From positions 1,888,001 to 1,952,000 of the forward strand of contig OZ240211.1 of assembly GCA_965197525.1 (NCBI GenBank): a stretch of DNA of 64,000 nt. The letters are read 5' to 3'. The translations under genes were made by a program, and so were the position numbers. The first letter of the stretch is position 1; each line of letters begins with the position of its first letter. Below are positions 41,692-52,789 of this stretch, one piece after another. The DNA is from Nitrosopumilus sp. (GTDB lineage Archaea; Thermoproteota; Nitrososphaeria; Nitrososphaerales; Nitrosopumilaceae). The notes below the pieces were generated by a model. It had not been told where the DNA came from, did not search any database, and worked only from the letters and a program-made list of their open reading frames with translations.

Positions 41692-43653
41692 ATGTATATA
41701 TTGGAACAGATACAAAAGTTTGAACTCATATCTGATTATACGCCTACAGGTGATCAGCCTCAAGCAATTAATGCCCTAGTTGACGGTGTCAATAAAAAGA
41801 CCGTTCAAACACTAGTTGGAGTTACCGGAAGCGGAAAGACATTCTCTATTGCAAATGTCATTGAGAGGACCGGAAAGAATACACTTGTAATCTCTCACAA
41901 CAAGACCCTTGCAGCACAACTTTATGCAGAACTAAAACAATTCTTCCCAAAAAACAACGTGGGATATTTTGTGTCTTACTATGACTATTATCAACCTGAG
42001 AGCTATATCCCTCAGACAGACACCTACATTGAGAAGGATACCCAAATCAACGAAAAGATCGAAAAGCTACGACTAGAGGCAACTGCCATGCTGTTGTCAG
42101 GAGAACCTACAATAATCGTATCAACCGTATCCTGCATCTACTCACTTGGAAACCCTAGTGACTGGGACAACTTGGCAGTTACACTTTGTGTCGGTGATGA
42201 GATAAAGCGAGACGACTTGATACGGCGATTCGTTGATGCACGATATGAGCGAAACGCAGTTCAAATTGCGCCGGGAAACTTTCGTGTAAAGGGGGATACC
42301 ATCAGTATTACACCTGCATACTCTGAAGATCTAGTTCGAATCTCCATGTTCGGCGACGAGATAGAAAAGATTACCCTGCTTGATCACGTCTCCCTCAAGG
42401 AGATAAAAAGACTGACACAGATACGCATCTATCCTGCCAAACACTATCTTATTGCAAAAGATGTACGAGAAAAGGCAGTCAAATCCATCAGAGACGAGCT
42501 AGAGGATCGTTTGCCTAAACTCAACGAGTTAGAAAAACAACGACTAGAGATGCGTACCAACTACGATTTAGAGATGATCGAAGAGTTAGGATACTGTTCC
42601 GGCATTGAAAATTATTCACGACATTTTGATGGAAGAGAACCAGGACAGCAAGCATTCTGTCTGATGGATTTTTTCGGCGATGACTATATTTTAGTCATTG
42701 ACGAGTCTCATGCGACGTTACCTCAATTACACGGCATGTACAAAGGTGATCATTCAAGAAAAGATCAACTAGTCACATACGGATTTAGACTGCCAAGCGC
42801 GTTTGATAACCGTCCACTGAAATTCGAAGAGTTCGAAGAGTACGTCAAAAACACCATCTTCGTTTCAGCAACTCCTGCAGACTATGAGCGAAAGAAATCT
42901 TCCCAGATAGTAGAACAACTAGTGCGTCCTACAGGATTGCTTGATCCTTTGATTCACATCAAACCTACAAGAGATCAGATGGACGATCTAATCTCAGAAA
43001 TTCAAAAAAGGGCCGAGAATTCTGAGCGCGTCCTTGTCACTACATTGACTAAACGAATGGCAGAAGACTTGACTGACTATCTCTCAAAAAAACTAGTCAG
43101 GGCAAGATATCTGCATTCAGAGATTCATGGCCTTGAACGTACTGAAATCATTAGGCAGTTACGTCTAGGAGAATTCGACGTTCTAGTTGGCATTAATCTG
43201 CTTCGCGAAGGGTTGGATATTCCTGAAGTATCTTTGGTTGCAGTATTTGATGCAGACCATGAAGGGTTTTTGCGAAATTTTACCAGTCTGGTTCAGACAT
43301 GTGGCAGGGCCGCAAGAAACGTAAACGGTTCTGTAATAATGTATGCTGATAAAATCACTCAATCTATGCAAAACACAATCAATGAGACTAGACGTCGTAG
43401 AGAGAAACAGATTCGTTACAACACAGAACATGACATCACTCCTCAAACCATAAAGAAATCAGTTCCCGAACAAGAAATAGTACTAGATGATGCCAAACTC
43501 AAATCCACTCATGATCTTGCAAACGACATCATAAACTTGGAAGCGCAAATGACTATTTATTCCAAAGAGTTGGATTTTGAACATGCAATAGAGTGCAGGG
43601 ATAGAATAAAAAGAATAAGAAAGGAGATTAAATTTAAAGATGGCAGAAAGTAA
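41692..43653 (+). CDS. uvrB: excinuclease ABC subunit B (start more likely 41692 than 41632)
   Basis: GDQPQAI, GVTGSGKT, YYDYYQPE, GIENYSRH and INLLREGLD motifs. Confidence 0.97.
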   Translation: MYILEQIQKFELISDYTPTGDQPQAINALVDGVNKKTVQTLVGVTGSGKTFSIANVIERTGKNTLVISHNKTLAAQLYAELKQFFPKNNVGYFVSYYDYYQPESYIPQTDTYIEKDTQINEKIEKLRLEATAMLLSGEPTIIVSTVSCIYSLGNPSDWDNLAVTLCVGDEIKRDDLIRRFVDARYERNAVQIAPGNFRVKGDTISITPAYSEDLVRISMFGDEIEKITLLDHVSLKEIKRLTQIRIYPAKHYLIAKDVREKAVKSIRDELEDRLPKLNELEKQRLEMRTNYDLEMIEELGYCSGIENYSRHFDGREPGQQAFCLMDFFGDDYILVIDESHATLPQLHGMYKGDHSRKDQLVTYGFRLPSAFDNRPLKFEEFEEYVKNTIFVSATPADYERKKSSQIVEQLVRPTGLLDPLIHIKPTRDQMDDLISEIQKRAENSERVLVTTLTKRMAEDLTDYLSKKLVRARYLHSEIHGLERTEIIRQLRLGEFDVLVGINLLREGLDIPEVSLVAVFDADHEGFLRNFTSLVQTCGRAARNVNGSVIMYADKITQSMQNTINETRRRREKQIRYNTEHDITPQTIKKSVPEQEIVLDDAKLKSTHDLANDIINLEAQMTIYSKELDFEHAIECRDRIKRIRKEIKFKDGRK

Positions 43654-46465
43654 ACTAAAGATTCGTGGGGCGCGACATCATAATCTCAAGAACGTTGATA
43701 TTGATATTCCAAAAAACAAGCTAATAGTTATCAGTGGACTTTCAGGGTCTGGCAAATCAACACTTGCATTTGATACCATATATGCAGAGGGTCAAAGACG
43801 TTACGTAGAATCTCTTTCAGCGTATGCGCGGCAGTTCTTAGAGATGATGGACAAGCCAGACGTTGATTCTATTGAAGGTCTGTCTCCTGCTATCTCTATA
43901 CAACAAAAAACTACCAGTAAAAATCCCCGCTCCACCGTAGGAACTACTACTGAGATATACGACTACATGCGATTGTTGTTTGCACGAATAGGCGTTCCCT
44001 ATTGTACCAACTGTGGCAGAAAGGTATCGACCCAGTCAATAGAGCGAATATGTGATTCTGTCCTAAAGGATTTTTCAGGAAAGAAGATACTGGTGTTAGC
44101 ACCACTCATACAGAGAAAGAAAGGAACATACGAAAAACTATTCGAGCAAATAAAAAAAGATGGCTATCTGCGAGTGCGTCTAAACGGTGATATTCTAAAC
44201 CTTGATGACTCAATCCCTCCGCTTGACAGGCAAAAGTGGCATAACATTGAGATTGTAGTTGATAGAATCACTGTAGAGAAATCTGAACGATCTCGATTGT
44301 TTGAGGGGATACAGACTGCAATTACTGCATCAAAGGGAGATGTAATGATAGCTGCTGAGAAATCCGAAAAAATCTTTTCGCAAAATAATGCCTGTCCTTA
44401 CTGTGGATTAACGGTAGGTGAGTTAGAGCCCAGATCCTTTTCATTTAATTCTCCGTTTGGTATGTGTAAAACTTGCAATGGTCTTGGTGTAAAGATGGAG
44501 TTTGATGCTGACCTAGTCATACCTGATAAAACAAAATCAATTTTGGACGGTGCCATAATTCCATGGAGTGGAAGATTCTCATCATTCAGACGTCAAGCAT
44601 TACAAGCCGTTGGGAAAAAATTTGGATTTGATTTGATGACTCCCATTAATAAAATAAAGCCACAATACCTTCAGATTATACTGCATGGCACATCTGATCT
44701 TATTGATTTTAACTATCGATCAAAGTCAGGGGATATGTCATGGCAGCATGTAAATACATTTGAGGGCGTATTGAAGAATCTACAACGCGCCTTTATGGAG
44801 ACTGACTCTGAGTCAAAACGGGAGTGGCTCAAACAGTTCATGAGGGACACTCCTTGTACTGCGTGCAGTGGTCAAAAACTAAAACCAGAATCTCTGGCAG
44901 TAAAGATCAACAAACTAGGAATAATGGATGTATGTAACCTATCCATTGACCATTGCTATGATTTTTTTTCTACTTTGAAACTAACTGAAAATGAGCAATA
45001 CATAGCGCGAGATATTCTCAAGGAGATCAAAGAACGCCTCGAGTTCTTAAAAAATGTCGGACTAAACTATCTTACACTGAATCGCCTAAGTTCTACCCTG
45101 TCAGGCGGTGAATCCCAAAGGATTAGGCTGGCAACCCAGATTGGTTCTAACTTGACTGGCGTTCTGTACGTACTTGATGAGCCTACGATTGGGTTGCATC
45201 AGCGTGACAATGCACGACTGATTAAGACGCTAAACAAGTTGAGAAATCTGGGAAATACAGTCATAGTTGTGGAACATGACGAGGAGGTTATACGAAGTTC
45301 AGATTGGATTGTGGATTTGGGACCTGGTGCCGGCGTTCATGGCGGAAGTGTTGTCTTTGAGGGGACTGTGAACCAAATTTTGCGAGGACGCAAATCAATA
45401 ACTGGCAAATATCTCAAGGAATCGTCTCTGATCACTCTGAGTGACAAAATTCGTAATCCTTTTGGTTCTTTGAATGTAAGGGGTGCATCTGAGAACAATC
45501 TCAAAAATATAGATGTACAAATTCCACTCGGTCTATTTGTATCCATAACTGGTGTCTCTGGTTCTGGTAAATCCACATTGATAAATGATATCTTGCTAAA
45601 GACACTTGAAAGTCATTTTTACAAATCAAATACAAGACCTGGACGCAATGCCGGTATTACTGGCATTGAAAATATTGACAAGGTTATTGCAATTGATCAA
45701 TCTCCGATTGGAAGGACGCCACGTTCGAATCCTGCCACATACATTGGCGCCTTTACTCCTATTCGAGAGTTGTATTCCAGTACTGCATTATCAAAAGAGC
45801 GGGGGTATATGCCTGGACAATTCTCTTTTAATGTTCCAGTTGGCAGATGCTTTGCATGTGATGGCGACGGCGTAAAAAAAATAGAGATGCAATTCCTCTC
45901 TGATGTTTATGTAAAGTGTGATGAGTGTAAGGGAAAGAGATACAACACCGAGACACTGTCTGTGCTGTACAAGGGGAAAAACATCTCAGATATTTTGGAT
46001 ATGACAGTTTATGAAGCATTAAACTTTTTTGAGAATGTTCCTGCAATAAAGCGAAAACTGCAGACCGTTTATGATGTAGGATTGGGCTATATCAAGCTAG
46101 GACAATCCTCTACCACACTGTCAGGTGGTGAGGCGCAAAGAGTAAAACTTGCATCTGAATTATCAAAACGTGGTACTGGAAAGACATTTTACATCTTAGA
46201 TGAGCCTACGACCGGCTTGCATTTTGCCGACGTCCAAAAACTACTAGACGTCCTTAATCGTCTAGTGAATCTTGGAAATACCGTAGTTGTAATAGAACAT
46301 AACATGGATGTAATTAAAAACTCTGATTGGTTAATTGACTTGGGACCTGAGGGCGGTGATGAGGGCGGTCAAATCGTGGCTACTGGCACGCCTCTAGATA
46401 TTGCCAAAGCTCCCGGAAGTTACACTGGCAAATACCTGAAAAAACTCTTGAAAAATGGCCTTTGA
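43640..46465 (+). CDS. uvrA: excinuclease ABC subunit A
   Basis: Two ABC modules (GLSGSGKS, LSGGESQR; GVSGSGKS, LSGGEAQR) and zinc fingers. Confidence 0.97.
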   Translation: MAESKLKIRGARHHNLKNVDIDIPKNKLIVISGLSGSGKSTLAFDTIYAEGQRRYVESLSAYARQFLEMMDKPDVDSIEGLSPAISIQQKTTSKNPRSTVGTTTEIYDYMRLLFARIGVPYCTNCGRKVSTQSIERICDSVLKDFSGKKILVLAPLIQRKKGTYEKLFEQIKKDGYLRVRLNGDILNLDDSIPPLDRQKWHNIEIVVDRITVEKSERSRLFEGIQTAITASKGDVMIAAEKSEKIFSQNNACPYCGLTVGELEPRSFSFNSPFGMCKTCNGLGVKMEFDADLVIPDKTKSILDGAIIPWSGRFSSFRRQALQAVGKKFGFDLMTPINKIKPQYLQIILHGTSDLIDFNYRSKSGDMSWQHVNTFEGVLKNLQRAFMETDSESKREWLKQFMRDTPCTACSGQKLKPESLAVKINKLGIMDVCNLSIDHCYDFFSTLKLTENEQYIARDILKEIKERLEFLKNVGLNYLTLNRLSSTLSGGESQRIRLATQIGSNLTGVLYVLDEPTIGLHQRDNARLIKTLNKLRNLGNTVIVVEHDEEVIRSSDWIVDLGPGAGVHGGSVVFEGTVNQILRGRKSITGKYLKESSLITLSDKIRNPFGSLNVRGASENNLKNIDVQIPLGLFVSITGVSGSGKSTLINDILLKTLESHFYKSNTRPGRNAGITGIENIDKVIAIDQSPIGRTPRSNPATYIGAFTPIRELYSSTALSKERGYMPGQFSFNVPVGRCFACDGDGVKKIEMQFLSDVYVKCDECKGKRYNTETLSVLYKGKNISDILDMTVYEALNFFENVPAIKRKLQTVYDVGLGYIKLGQSSTTLSGGEAQRVKLASELSKRGTGKTFYILDEPTTGLHFADVQKLLDVLNRLVNLGNTVVVIEHNMDVIKNSDWLIDLGPEGGDEGGQIVATGTPLDIAKAPGSYTGKYLKKLLKNGL

Positions 46466-48068
46466 TATATCCAAACTCGTCATTCCCACAGATCCTGGAA
46501 TCTACCTGATGAAGGATGCTGATAGCACAATCATCTATATCGGAAAGGCAAAAAACCTGAGGAACCGAGTCAGGACTTATTTTAACAAAAACCAAAATTA
46601 CAAGACTCAGAAACTAGTGGAATACATATCTGATATCGAGTTTGTATTAACTGACAATGAAAGTGAGGCATTTCTCTTGGAATCAAATATGATAAAGAAA
46701 CACCGTCCCAAGTTTAACATCGAGTTAAAGGATCAGCAGAGATACACATATCTTCGTATTTCAGATGAGGCGTATCCCCGTCTGCTGGTTACAAGAAGAA
46801 CTCGAAATGGAAAGTTCTTGGGAAAAGGAAAGATTTTTGGACCATTCACACATGGCAGCTCAAAGTTACTTACCATCGGCACTCTGAGAAAGGCATTCCA
46901 AATCCGAATCTGCAAAACCCTTCCCAAAAAAGTCTGCCTTGAGTATCATTTGGGAAATTGTCAAGGGCCATGTGAATTCAAAAATGCCCAAGAACAGTAT
47001 CCTAAACATGTTGCAGCGTTACAAGACGTACTCAAGAATACAAACCAATCTAAAATCTTTACAAAAAAGCTGACAGAAGAGATGCAACAAGCAGCCCAAT
47101 TACAGCAATTTGAGCGCGCAAAAGAGATTAGAGATACGCTAGTTCGACTCGGAAGTCTTCAGAGTAAACAAAAAATGGAGTATGTTGAGAATTCTGATGA
47201 AGAGTACTTTGGAATGGGAGTCAAAGCTGACTCTGTCACTGTTATGAATTTCAGAATGGTCAATGGTGTGATAAGGGATAGCGACAAGTTCTTTTTTGAT
47301 CTTGTAGGCGATAACTCTTTTTCCAATTTTCTGTACCAGTATTACTCTACCCATAAAATTCCCAAACTTATTCTTGTAAGTCATGTTCCTGCAAATAAAG
47401 AGTTGTTGGAATCTCTGTTCTCAAAACAATCTGGTTTTTCTGTAAGGATACTCTCTCCGATTAGGGGCAAGAAGAAAGAGGTAATTGATCTTATCTTGAA
47501 AAATATTAATCTGGCTCATCTAAAAGGAGGCAATCCTGGACTAGTAGAACTAAAAGACGTACTGCACCTTCCTGTCATACCTAATGTCATTGAATGTTTT
47601 GACATCTCTAACCACGGAGATGATTTTGCAGTGGGTTCCATGTCTAGGTTTGTTGATGGGACTCCTGACAAGTCAGGTTATAGGAAATTCAAGATTAAAA
47701 CAGTATATGGACGAAACGATTTTGCAATGATTGCTGAGATAATAAAAAGGAGGTATTACAGGTTGCTAGAAGAGCACTCTGAACTTCCGGATTTGGTATT
47801 AATTGATGGTGGCAAAGGACAACTAAATGCCGCTCTGGATTCACTGGCATCGCTTGGATTGAAATTGCCCTGTATCTCTTTAGCTAAAGAAAATGAAGAG
47901 GTTTATGTTCCTAAAAATAGGAGACCGGTCTTGATTCCTAAATACAAATCATCATTGAAGATATTACAGTATGCTAGAGATGAAGCCCATCGATTTGGTG
48001 TGACGTATAATAAAACAATATTGCAAAACAAAATAAGAAAAGGAAAATCTTCTCCCGATTCATCATAA
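46455..48068 (+). CDS. uvrC: excinuclease ABC subunit C
   Basis: GIY-YIG (PGIYLM...YIGKAKNLRNRV), ECFDISN, LIDGGKGQL and RDEAHRF motifs. Confidence 0.95.
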   Translation: MAFDISKLVIPTDPGIYLMKDADSTIIYIGKAKNLRNRVRTYFNKNQNYKTQKLVEYISDIEFVLTDNESEAFLLESNMIKKHRPKFNIELKDQQRYTYLRISDEAYPRLLVTRRTRNGKFLGKGKIFGPFTHGSSKLLTIGTLRKAFQIRICKTLPKKVCLEYHLGNCQGPCEFKNAQEQYPKHVAALQDVLKNTNQSKIFTKKLTEEMQQAAQLQQFERAKEIRDTLVRLGSLQSKQKMEYVENSDEEYFGMGVKADSVTVMNFRMVNGVIRDSDKFFFDLVGDNSFSNFLYQYYSTHKIPKLILVSHVPANKELLESLFSKQSGFSVRILSPIRGKKKEVIDLILKNINLAHLKGGNPGLVELKDVLHLPVIPNVIECFDISNHGDDFAVGSMSRFVDGTPDKSGYRKFKIKTVYGRNDFAMIAEIIKRRYYRLLEEHSELPDLVLIDGGKGQLNAALDSLASLGLKLPCISLAKENEEVYVPKNRRPVLIPKYKSSLKILQYARDEAHRFGVTYNKTILQNKIRKGKSSPDSS

Positions 48069-48145
48069 CCCCATCAGTATCTTCAAATACTGCATGTGAA
48101 TGTGCTCTGCAACATGATTAGAGCATTGTTTGAAAAATCAACTAG

Positions 48146-49318
48146 TTATTTTCTAAGATCCAGTGTTTTGTACTCACAGCCCTGCGGTCCGCAGTATTTT
48201 CCTACATAGACTGCTTTTGGTCTGTATAGTGCAGGTTTTGGTGCTGCTTCTGCAAATTTTTCCTCAATGATGTGTGCTGCCCATCCTACCACTCTTGCGA
48301 TTGCAAATATTGGAGTGTTGAGATCTACTGGTATCTTTAGCATGTAGTAAATGGAGGCGCTATACAAATCCACGTTTGGATAAATGTCCCGATTTTTTTT
48401 GGCTTTCATTTCAGATATGGTTGCAGTCTCTATTGCCTCTGTTAAATCAAACCACGGCTCTTTGGTTTTTTCTGCTAGTTTTCTTGATAGCTCTTTTAGT
48501 ACCTGTGCTCTTGGATCGTACGTTCTATACACTGCATGACCCATTCCCATTATTCTGTGTCCTGCTGCCATCTCTTCTGTGATCCAATTGTTAACCTTGT
48601 CAATATGCTTAATCTCTAGTAACATCTTCATCACTTCTGTATTGGCTCCACCGTGAAGCTCTCCACTCAATGCTCCAATTGCCGCACTGGCAGCAGAATA
48701 CATATGCGCTCTAGTTGACGCAACCTGCCTTGCTGTAAATGTTGATGCGTTAAACGTATGATCCGCGTGGAGAATCAGGCATACGTCAAAGATCTTCTCA
48801 ACCTCGGGATCCGGCTTTTCCCCTGACATCATATACAGAAAATTTGCAGCATGGCCTAGTGATGAGTCGGGGTCTACTAGATCTAGCCCGTTTCGTATTC
48901 TCTGCCAACTAGCGATAATTGTGGGAACTTTGGCTATCAGGTTGATAGCTTTGTCATAACTGGCTTCTTTGCTTGAAAATTCTTCATCATAGTATCCTGC
49001 AAGTGCTGATACGAATGCCTGAAGCATGTCCATTGGGTCTGCATCCTTTCTCCAGTTTCCCATGTTTTTTTGCATCTGCTTTGGGATGTATCTTGCCTCG
49101 ATTAGCTTTGTATTGAATTCCTCTAACTGCTCTTTTGTTGGCAGGTCATCGTAAATCAGTAGGTACGCAGTTTCCTCAAACGATGATTTTTTTGTAAGAT
49201 CCAAAATGTCAAATCCACGATAAATAAGCTTCCCTTTCTCCCCATCAATATTTGAAATTTTTGTATCTGCAACTTCAATTCCACGCAGGCCGATATTCTT
49301 TGTTTCCATATCGAACAT
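48146..49318 (-). CDS. gltA: citrate synthase
   Basis: LHADHTFNAST, GELHGGAN, MGMGHAVY and PNVDLYS motifs. Confidence 0.95.
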   Translation of the reverse strand: MFDMETKNIGLRGIEVADTKISNIDGEKGKLIYRGFDILDLTKKSSFEETAYLLIYDDLPTKEQLEEFNTKLIEARYIPKQMQKNMGNWRKDADPMDMLQAFVSALAGYYDEEFSSKEASYDKAINLIAKVPTIIASWQRIRNGLDLVDPDSSLGHAANFLYMMSGEKPDPEVEKIFDVCLILHADHTFNASTFTARQVASTRAHMYSAASAAIGALSGELHGGANTEVMKMLLEIKHIDKVNNWITEEMAAGHRIMGMGHAVYRTYDPRAQVLKELSRKLAEKTKEPWFDLTEAIETATISEMKAKKNRDIYPNVDLYSASIYYMLKIPVDLNTPIFAIARVVGWAAHIIEEKFAEAAPKPALYRPKAVYVGKYCGPQGCEYKTLDLRK

Positions 49319-49424
49319 TATACATACGATTAATTATATTTTGTCTAAAATATGGTATAAATTTAGTAATTAGTCTATTCTTTCAACTTTTGATACTAAA
49401 TATTCAATTTTCATTAAAAATTAA

Positions 49425-49616
49425 ATGACTCCTAGCGAGCGTAAACAACTGAAAAAACTGGATGATCTGATACTGCACGCATCATGTCTTGAACTAAAAA
49501 AAATTCAGGCAATTGACTACCAAACCCAGATGGAATGCGTACCATTTTATGATATTTATCTTGATTCTAGTTCACTAGTTAGTAAAGCTGCTACACGTTC
49601 AGTTAAGAAACCTTGA
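49425..49616 (+). CDS. small hypothetical protein
   Basis: 63-aa ORF in an otherwise empty gap. Confidence 0.55.
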   Translation: MTPSERKQLKKLDDLILHASCLELKKIQAIDYQTQMECVPFYDIYLDSSSLVSKAATRSVKKP

Positions 49617-49663
49617 TTCTACATTCTTCATTTAAATGAGGGTCTTTAATTTTTTAATCTATA

Positions 49664-50770
49664 TTGGCATCATTATCTAAACCCAAAAAAGCTGCATCCA
49701 AAGTTTTGAAGTCTCCTGCTAAAAAAACAGCGACCAAAACAGCAACTACTAAAAAAACCTTGAAACCGTCTGTTAAAAAAACTCCTACACAGAAACGAAC
49801 CAAGATAGTCTGTATATCTCACAAGGAAGATGCCGATGGAATTAGTTCTGCAGCATTAATCAGACAGGCTTTCGGCGGTGATGCAATTCTAGTTGATTAT
49901 CCCGGTCAGATGGATGCATTAACCCAAGTCCTCGATGATCAAAAATTAAAATCGTTATTCATATGTGATCTTGGGTTGAGTAAAAACACACAGGATCAAT
50001 TTGTTGATATTCTAACCGCTCTTAGAAAGAAAAGAGTCTCAGTTACCTATATTGATCATCACGACATTGATCCTACTGTTGTAGCATCTCTAAAAAAGAT
50101 CAAAGTAAAGATTATCCACGATATCAACGAGTGTACTGCTGTACAGGTTTACAATGCATATGCCTCTAAATTAAATGATCATGCATCCTTTATTGCTACA
50201 TGTGCTGCCATTACTGATTATATGGAAGATAGGCCTATTGGCTCAAAACTACTTCAAATTTATGATAGGCAATTTGCTTTGATTAGCGCTACTGTTCTTA
50301 CTTATAATATAGTGGGACATCAGAAAGACCCTGATTATTTACAATATCTAGTTGAGGAATTAGCAGACTCTAAATTTCCACACGAGATACCAAACACGTT
50401 TGAATTTGCACAAATTCAGGTAGAAAAACTATCTCAGATGATTGCCAAAGTAAAACAGGGATTAAAAAAGATGAAAAACCTCAGCCATATGGAAATTTTA
50501 GATGCCGGTGCAAGTGGTGCAGTTAATTTTGTCATGGGTTTGTCTGGAAAGGATGTAGGAGTTGCCTATAAAGAACGAGTTGACTATGGCATTTATGCCG
50601 TTTCAGTTAGGGGTTCTAAAAACTGCCAGGTTCATTTGGGCAAAATTGTAAACGTTTTGGCAACTAGTCTTGGCGGTTCTGGCGGCGGTCATGATAAGGC
50701 ATGTGGTGCTGTAGTTCCAAAGGCTAAAATCAAAAAATTCCTCACCGAGTTAAATAAACAAATCAAATAA
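49664..50770 (+). CDS. DHH/DHHA1 phosphoesterase with a Lys/Thr-rich N-terminal tail
   Basis: HKEDADG, CDLG, IDHH and GGGHDKACG motifs. Confidence 0.9.
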   Translation: MASLSKPKKAASKVLKSPAKKTATKTATTKKTLKPSVKKTPTQKRTKIVCISHKEDADGISSAALIRQAFGGDAILVDYPGQMDALTQVLDDQKLKSLFICDLGLSKNTQDQFVDILTALRKKRVSVTYIDHHDIDPTVVASLKKIKVKIIHDINECTAVQVYNAYASKLNDHASFIATCAAITDYMEDRPIGSKLLQIYDRQFALISATVLTYNIVGHQKDPDYLQYLVEELADSKFPHEIPNTFEFAQIQVEKLSQMIAKVKQGLKKMKNLSHMEILDAGASGAVNFVMGLSGKDVGVAYKERVDYGIYAVSVRGSKNCQVHLGKIVNVLATSLGGSGGGHDKACGAVVPKAKIKKFLTELNKQIK

Positions 50771-51049
50771 CTGGCACCTTTTTGTGTTTTTGACTACTGA
50801 ATAAGATTTTTGTATTAATGTATTAGTTAATTCTCGTTGGTATTATTGTTATATGTATATACATTACTAAATCTTATTACTTTGTTCGTCTCAGATGATT
50901 TTTCTATTTCTTTATTATTGTTATTTTATTCATGGCATTTCATTATACTATGATTTTTGTACATCCCAGTGATGTCTATGTACGCTATACTTGAAAATCC
51001 ATTAATAATTTCCTAACAATTTATAACAATTTTTTAATATTTTGTAAAC

Positions 51050-52294
51050 ATGAGTTATTTTGTATTGAACTTAAAAATTCTAGTCATACTCATAGCAGCT
51101 GGCTTGGGGGTTGCTGTTATTGTTGGTGTTGCTACATCGTCTTTGGTACCTGGTGACTCTATAACTGACACTGCCAAAGAAACCATGCCTGATACTACCA
51201 AAGAAACCATGCCTGATACTACCAAAGAAACCATGCCTGATACTACCAAAGAAACCATGCCTGATACTACTACTGCACTCCAATCTGACACCATGAATCT
51301 TATATCCACGGAATTTCCTCTCATGGAGACTAATGGCGTTAAGCACTTGATCCCACTTGAGAAGATAAGAGGCGGAGGACCTGAAAAAGACGGTATTCCA
51401 TCAATTGATGATCCTATGTTTGCTCCAGTTTCTGACTCTGACTTTATTTCTGACTCTGACACTGTCCTTGGATTACATATTAACGGTGAGTCAAAAGCAT
51501 ATCCACTCTCTATACTAGTCTGGCATGAAATTGTAAATGATGCCGTAGGCAACACCCCTGTCTCTGTGACTTATTGTCCTCTATGTTATACTAATCAGGT
51601 CTTTGTGCGAGTAATTGACGGTAAAGTAGTCGAGTTTGGAACGTCTGGCAAGCTATACAATAGCAATCTGTTGATGTATGATCGACTCACCGATTCGTAT
51701 TGGAGTCAGGCACTTGGATTGGCAGTCAAAGGTGAACTGAGTGGCTACAAATTAGATTTGGTACCATTTGATGTGATTACTTGGGGTGATTGGAAGTCAT
51801 TACACCCTGATACCGTTGTATTGACAACTGATACAGGTTTTATTCGTCCCTATGATGTTGATCCGTACGGAAATTATTATACTGAACCTCGAATAATGTT
51901 CCCGGTAGAACATAGGGATGATCGACTCCCTCTCAAAGAGATAATTATTGGATTTCAACATGATGGTGTATACAAGGCATATGCACAAAATGATATAGAA
52001 TCAAATACTGTCATCAATGACTCCATTGGTGAGAATCCGATACTCTTGGTGTCATTATTCTCGCAGAACTCTCGTTCCTTTGAGCGAACACTTGACGGCA
52101 ATGTTTTAGATTTTGTTCTCCAAGATGATGCGATCATCGATGTACAAACTAGCTCTGAGTGGAATTACGACGGATTATCCATATCGGGTGAATACGCTGG
52201 AGAACAACTAGAACGAATACCAAACGAACCAGGGTTCTGGTTTGAATGGGTAGCCTTTCATCCTGATACACTACTTTACGGTGATGATCTGTAG
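51050..52294 (+). CDS. membrane-anchored DUF3179 protein
   Basis: GGPEKDGIPSID, WHEIVND, VTYCPLC, FGTSGKLYNSNL and FWFEWVAFHPDT motifs. Confidence 0.88.
   Translation: MSYFVLNLKILVILIAAGLGVAVIVGVATSSLVPGDSITDTAKETMPDTTKETMPDTTKETMPDTTKETMPDTTTALQSDTMNLISTEFPLMETNGVKHLIPLEKIRGGGPEKDGIPSIDDPMFAPVSDSDFISDSDTVLGLHINGESKAYPLSILVWHEIVNDAVGNTPVSVTYCPLCYTNQVFVRVIDGKVVEFGTSGKLYNSNLLMYDRLTDSYWSQALGLAVKGELSGYKLDLVPFDVITWGDWKSLHPDTVVLTTDTGFIRPYDVDPYGNYYTEPRIMFPVEHRDDRLPLKEIIIGFQHDGVYKAYAQNDIESNTVINDSIGENPILLVSLFSQNSRSFERTLDGNVLDFVLQDDAIIDVQTSSEWNYDGLSISGEYAGEQLERIPNEPGFWFEWVAFHPDTLLYGDDL
51174..51269 (+). repeat. 4 x 24-bp coding tandem repeat (KETMPDTT)
   Basis: CCAAAGAAACCATGCCTGATACTA repeated four times. 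Confidence 0.95.
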
Positions 52295-52789
52295 ATGAAC
52301 CCTGTTACCAAGGCCGTCATTGCTGGAATATTAACCATCACAGTCTATCTATCTGTAGTTGTAATTACCACCCCTGCACTTGAACCACTAGATGCTGTCA
52401 ATGCAGCATTTCAACTAAATTCCATTGTAATTATTGGTATGGGCGCTGGAATTGGATTACAGATATTCCTTTCTGAAAAAAGCAAGTTGTTAGGATGTAA
52501 TATTGGTATGAAACGAAAATCTCTTGGAGGAGGAGGTACAGGAAGCACAGCTGCTACATCTTTCTTTTCATTCTTCTCTTTGATTCCTTTAGGATGTTGT
52601 GGCTGGTGGCTGTATGCGTTGTCTTTACTTCCAAGTGTAGTTGGAACCGGCGTGTCTGCTGTATTAATCGAGCACAGCCAGGTTTTGGCATATCTGGGAT
52701 TGGTAATAGTTTTTGGATTTGCAGCACTAACTGCTTACAAGTTAAAACGCGCATTACTATACAAAAATCTGTCAATCAACCTTGACTGA
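52295..52789 (+). CDS. hypothetical membrane protein with a GCCG motif
   Basis: Several hydrophobic segments; directly follows the DUF3179 gene. Confidence 0.8.
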   Translation: MNPVTKAVIAGILTITVYLSVVVITTPALEPLDAVNAAFQLNSIVIIGMGAGIGLQIFLSEKSKLLGCNIGMKRKSLGGGGTGSTAATSFFSFFSLIPLGCCGWWLYALSLLPSVVGTGVSAVLIEHSQVLAYLGLVIVFGFAALTAYKLKRALLYKNLSINLD

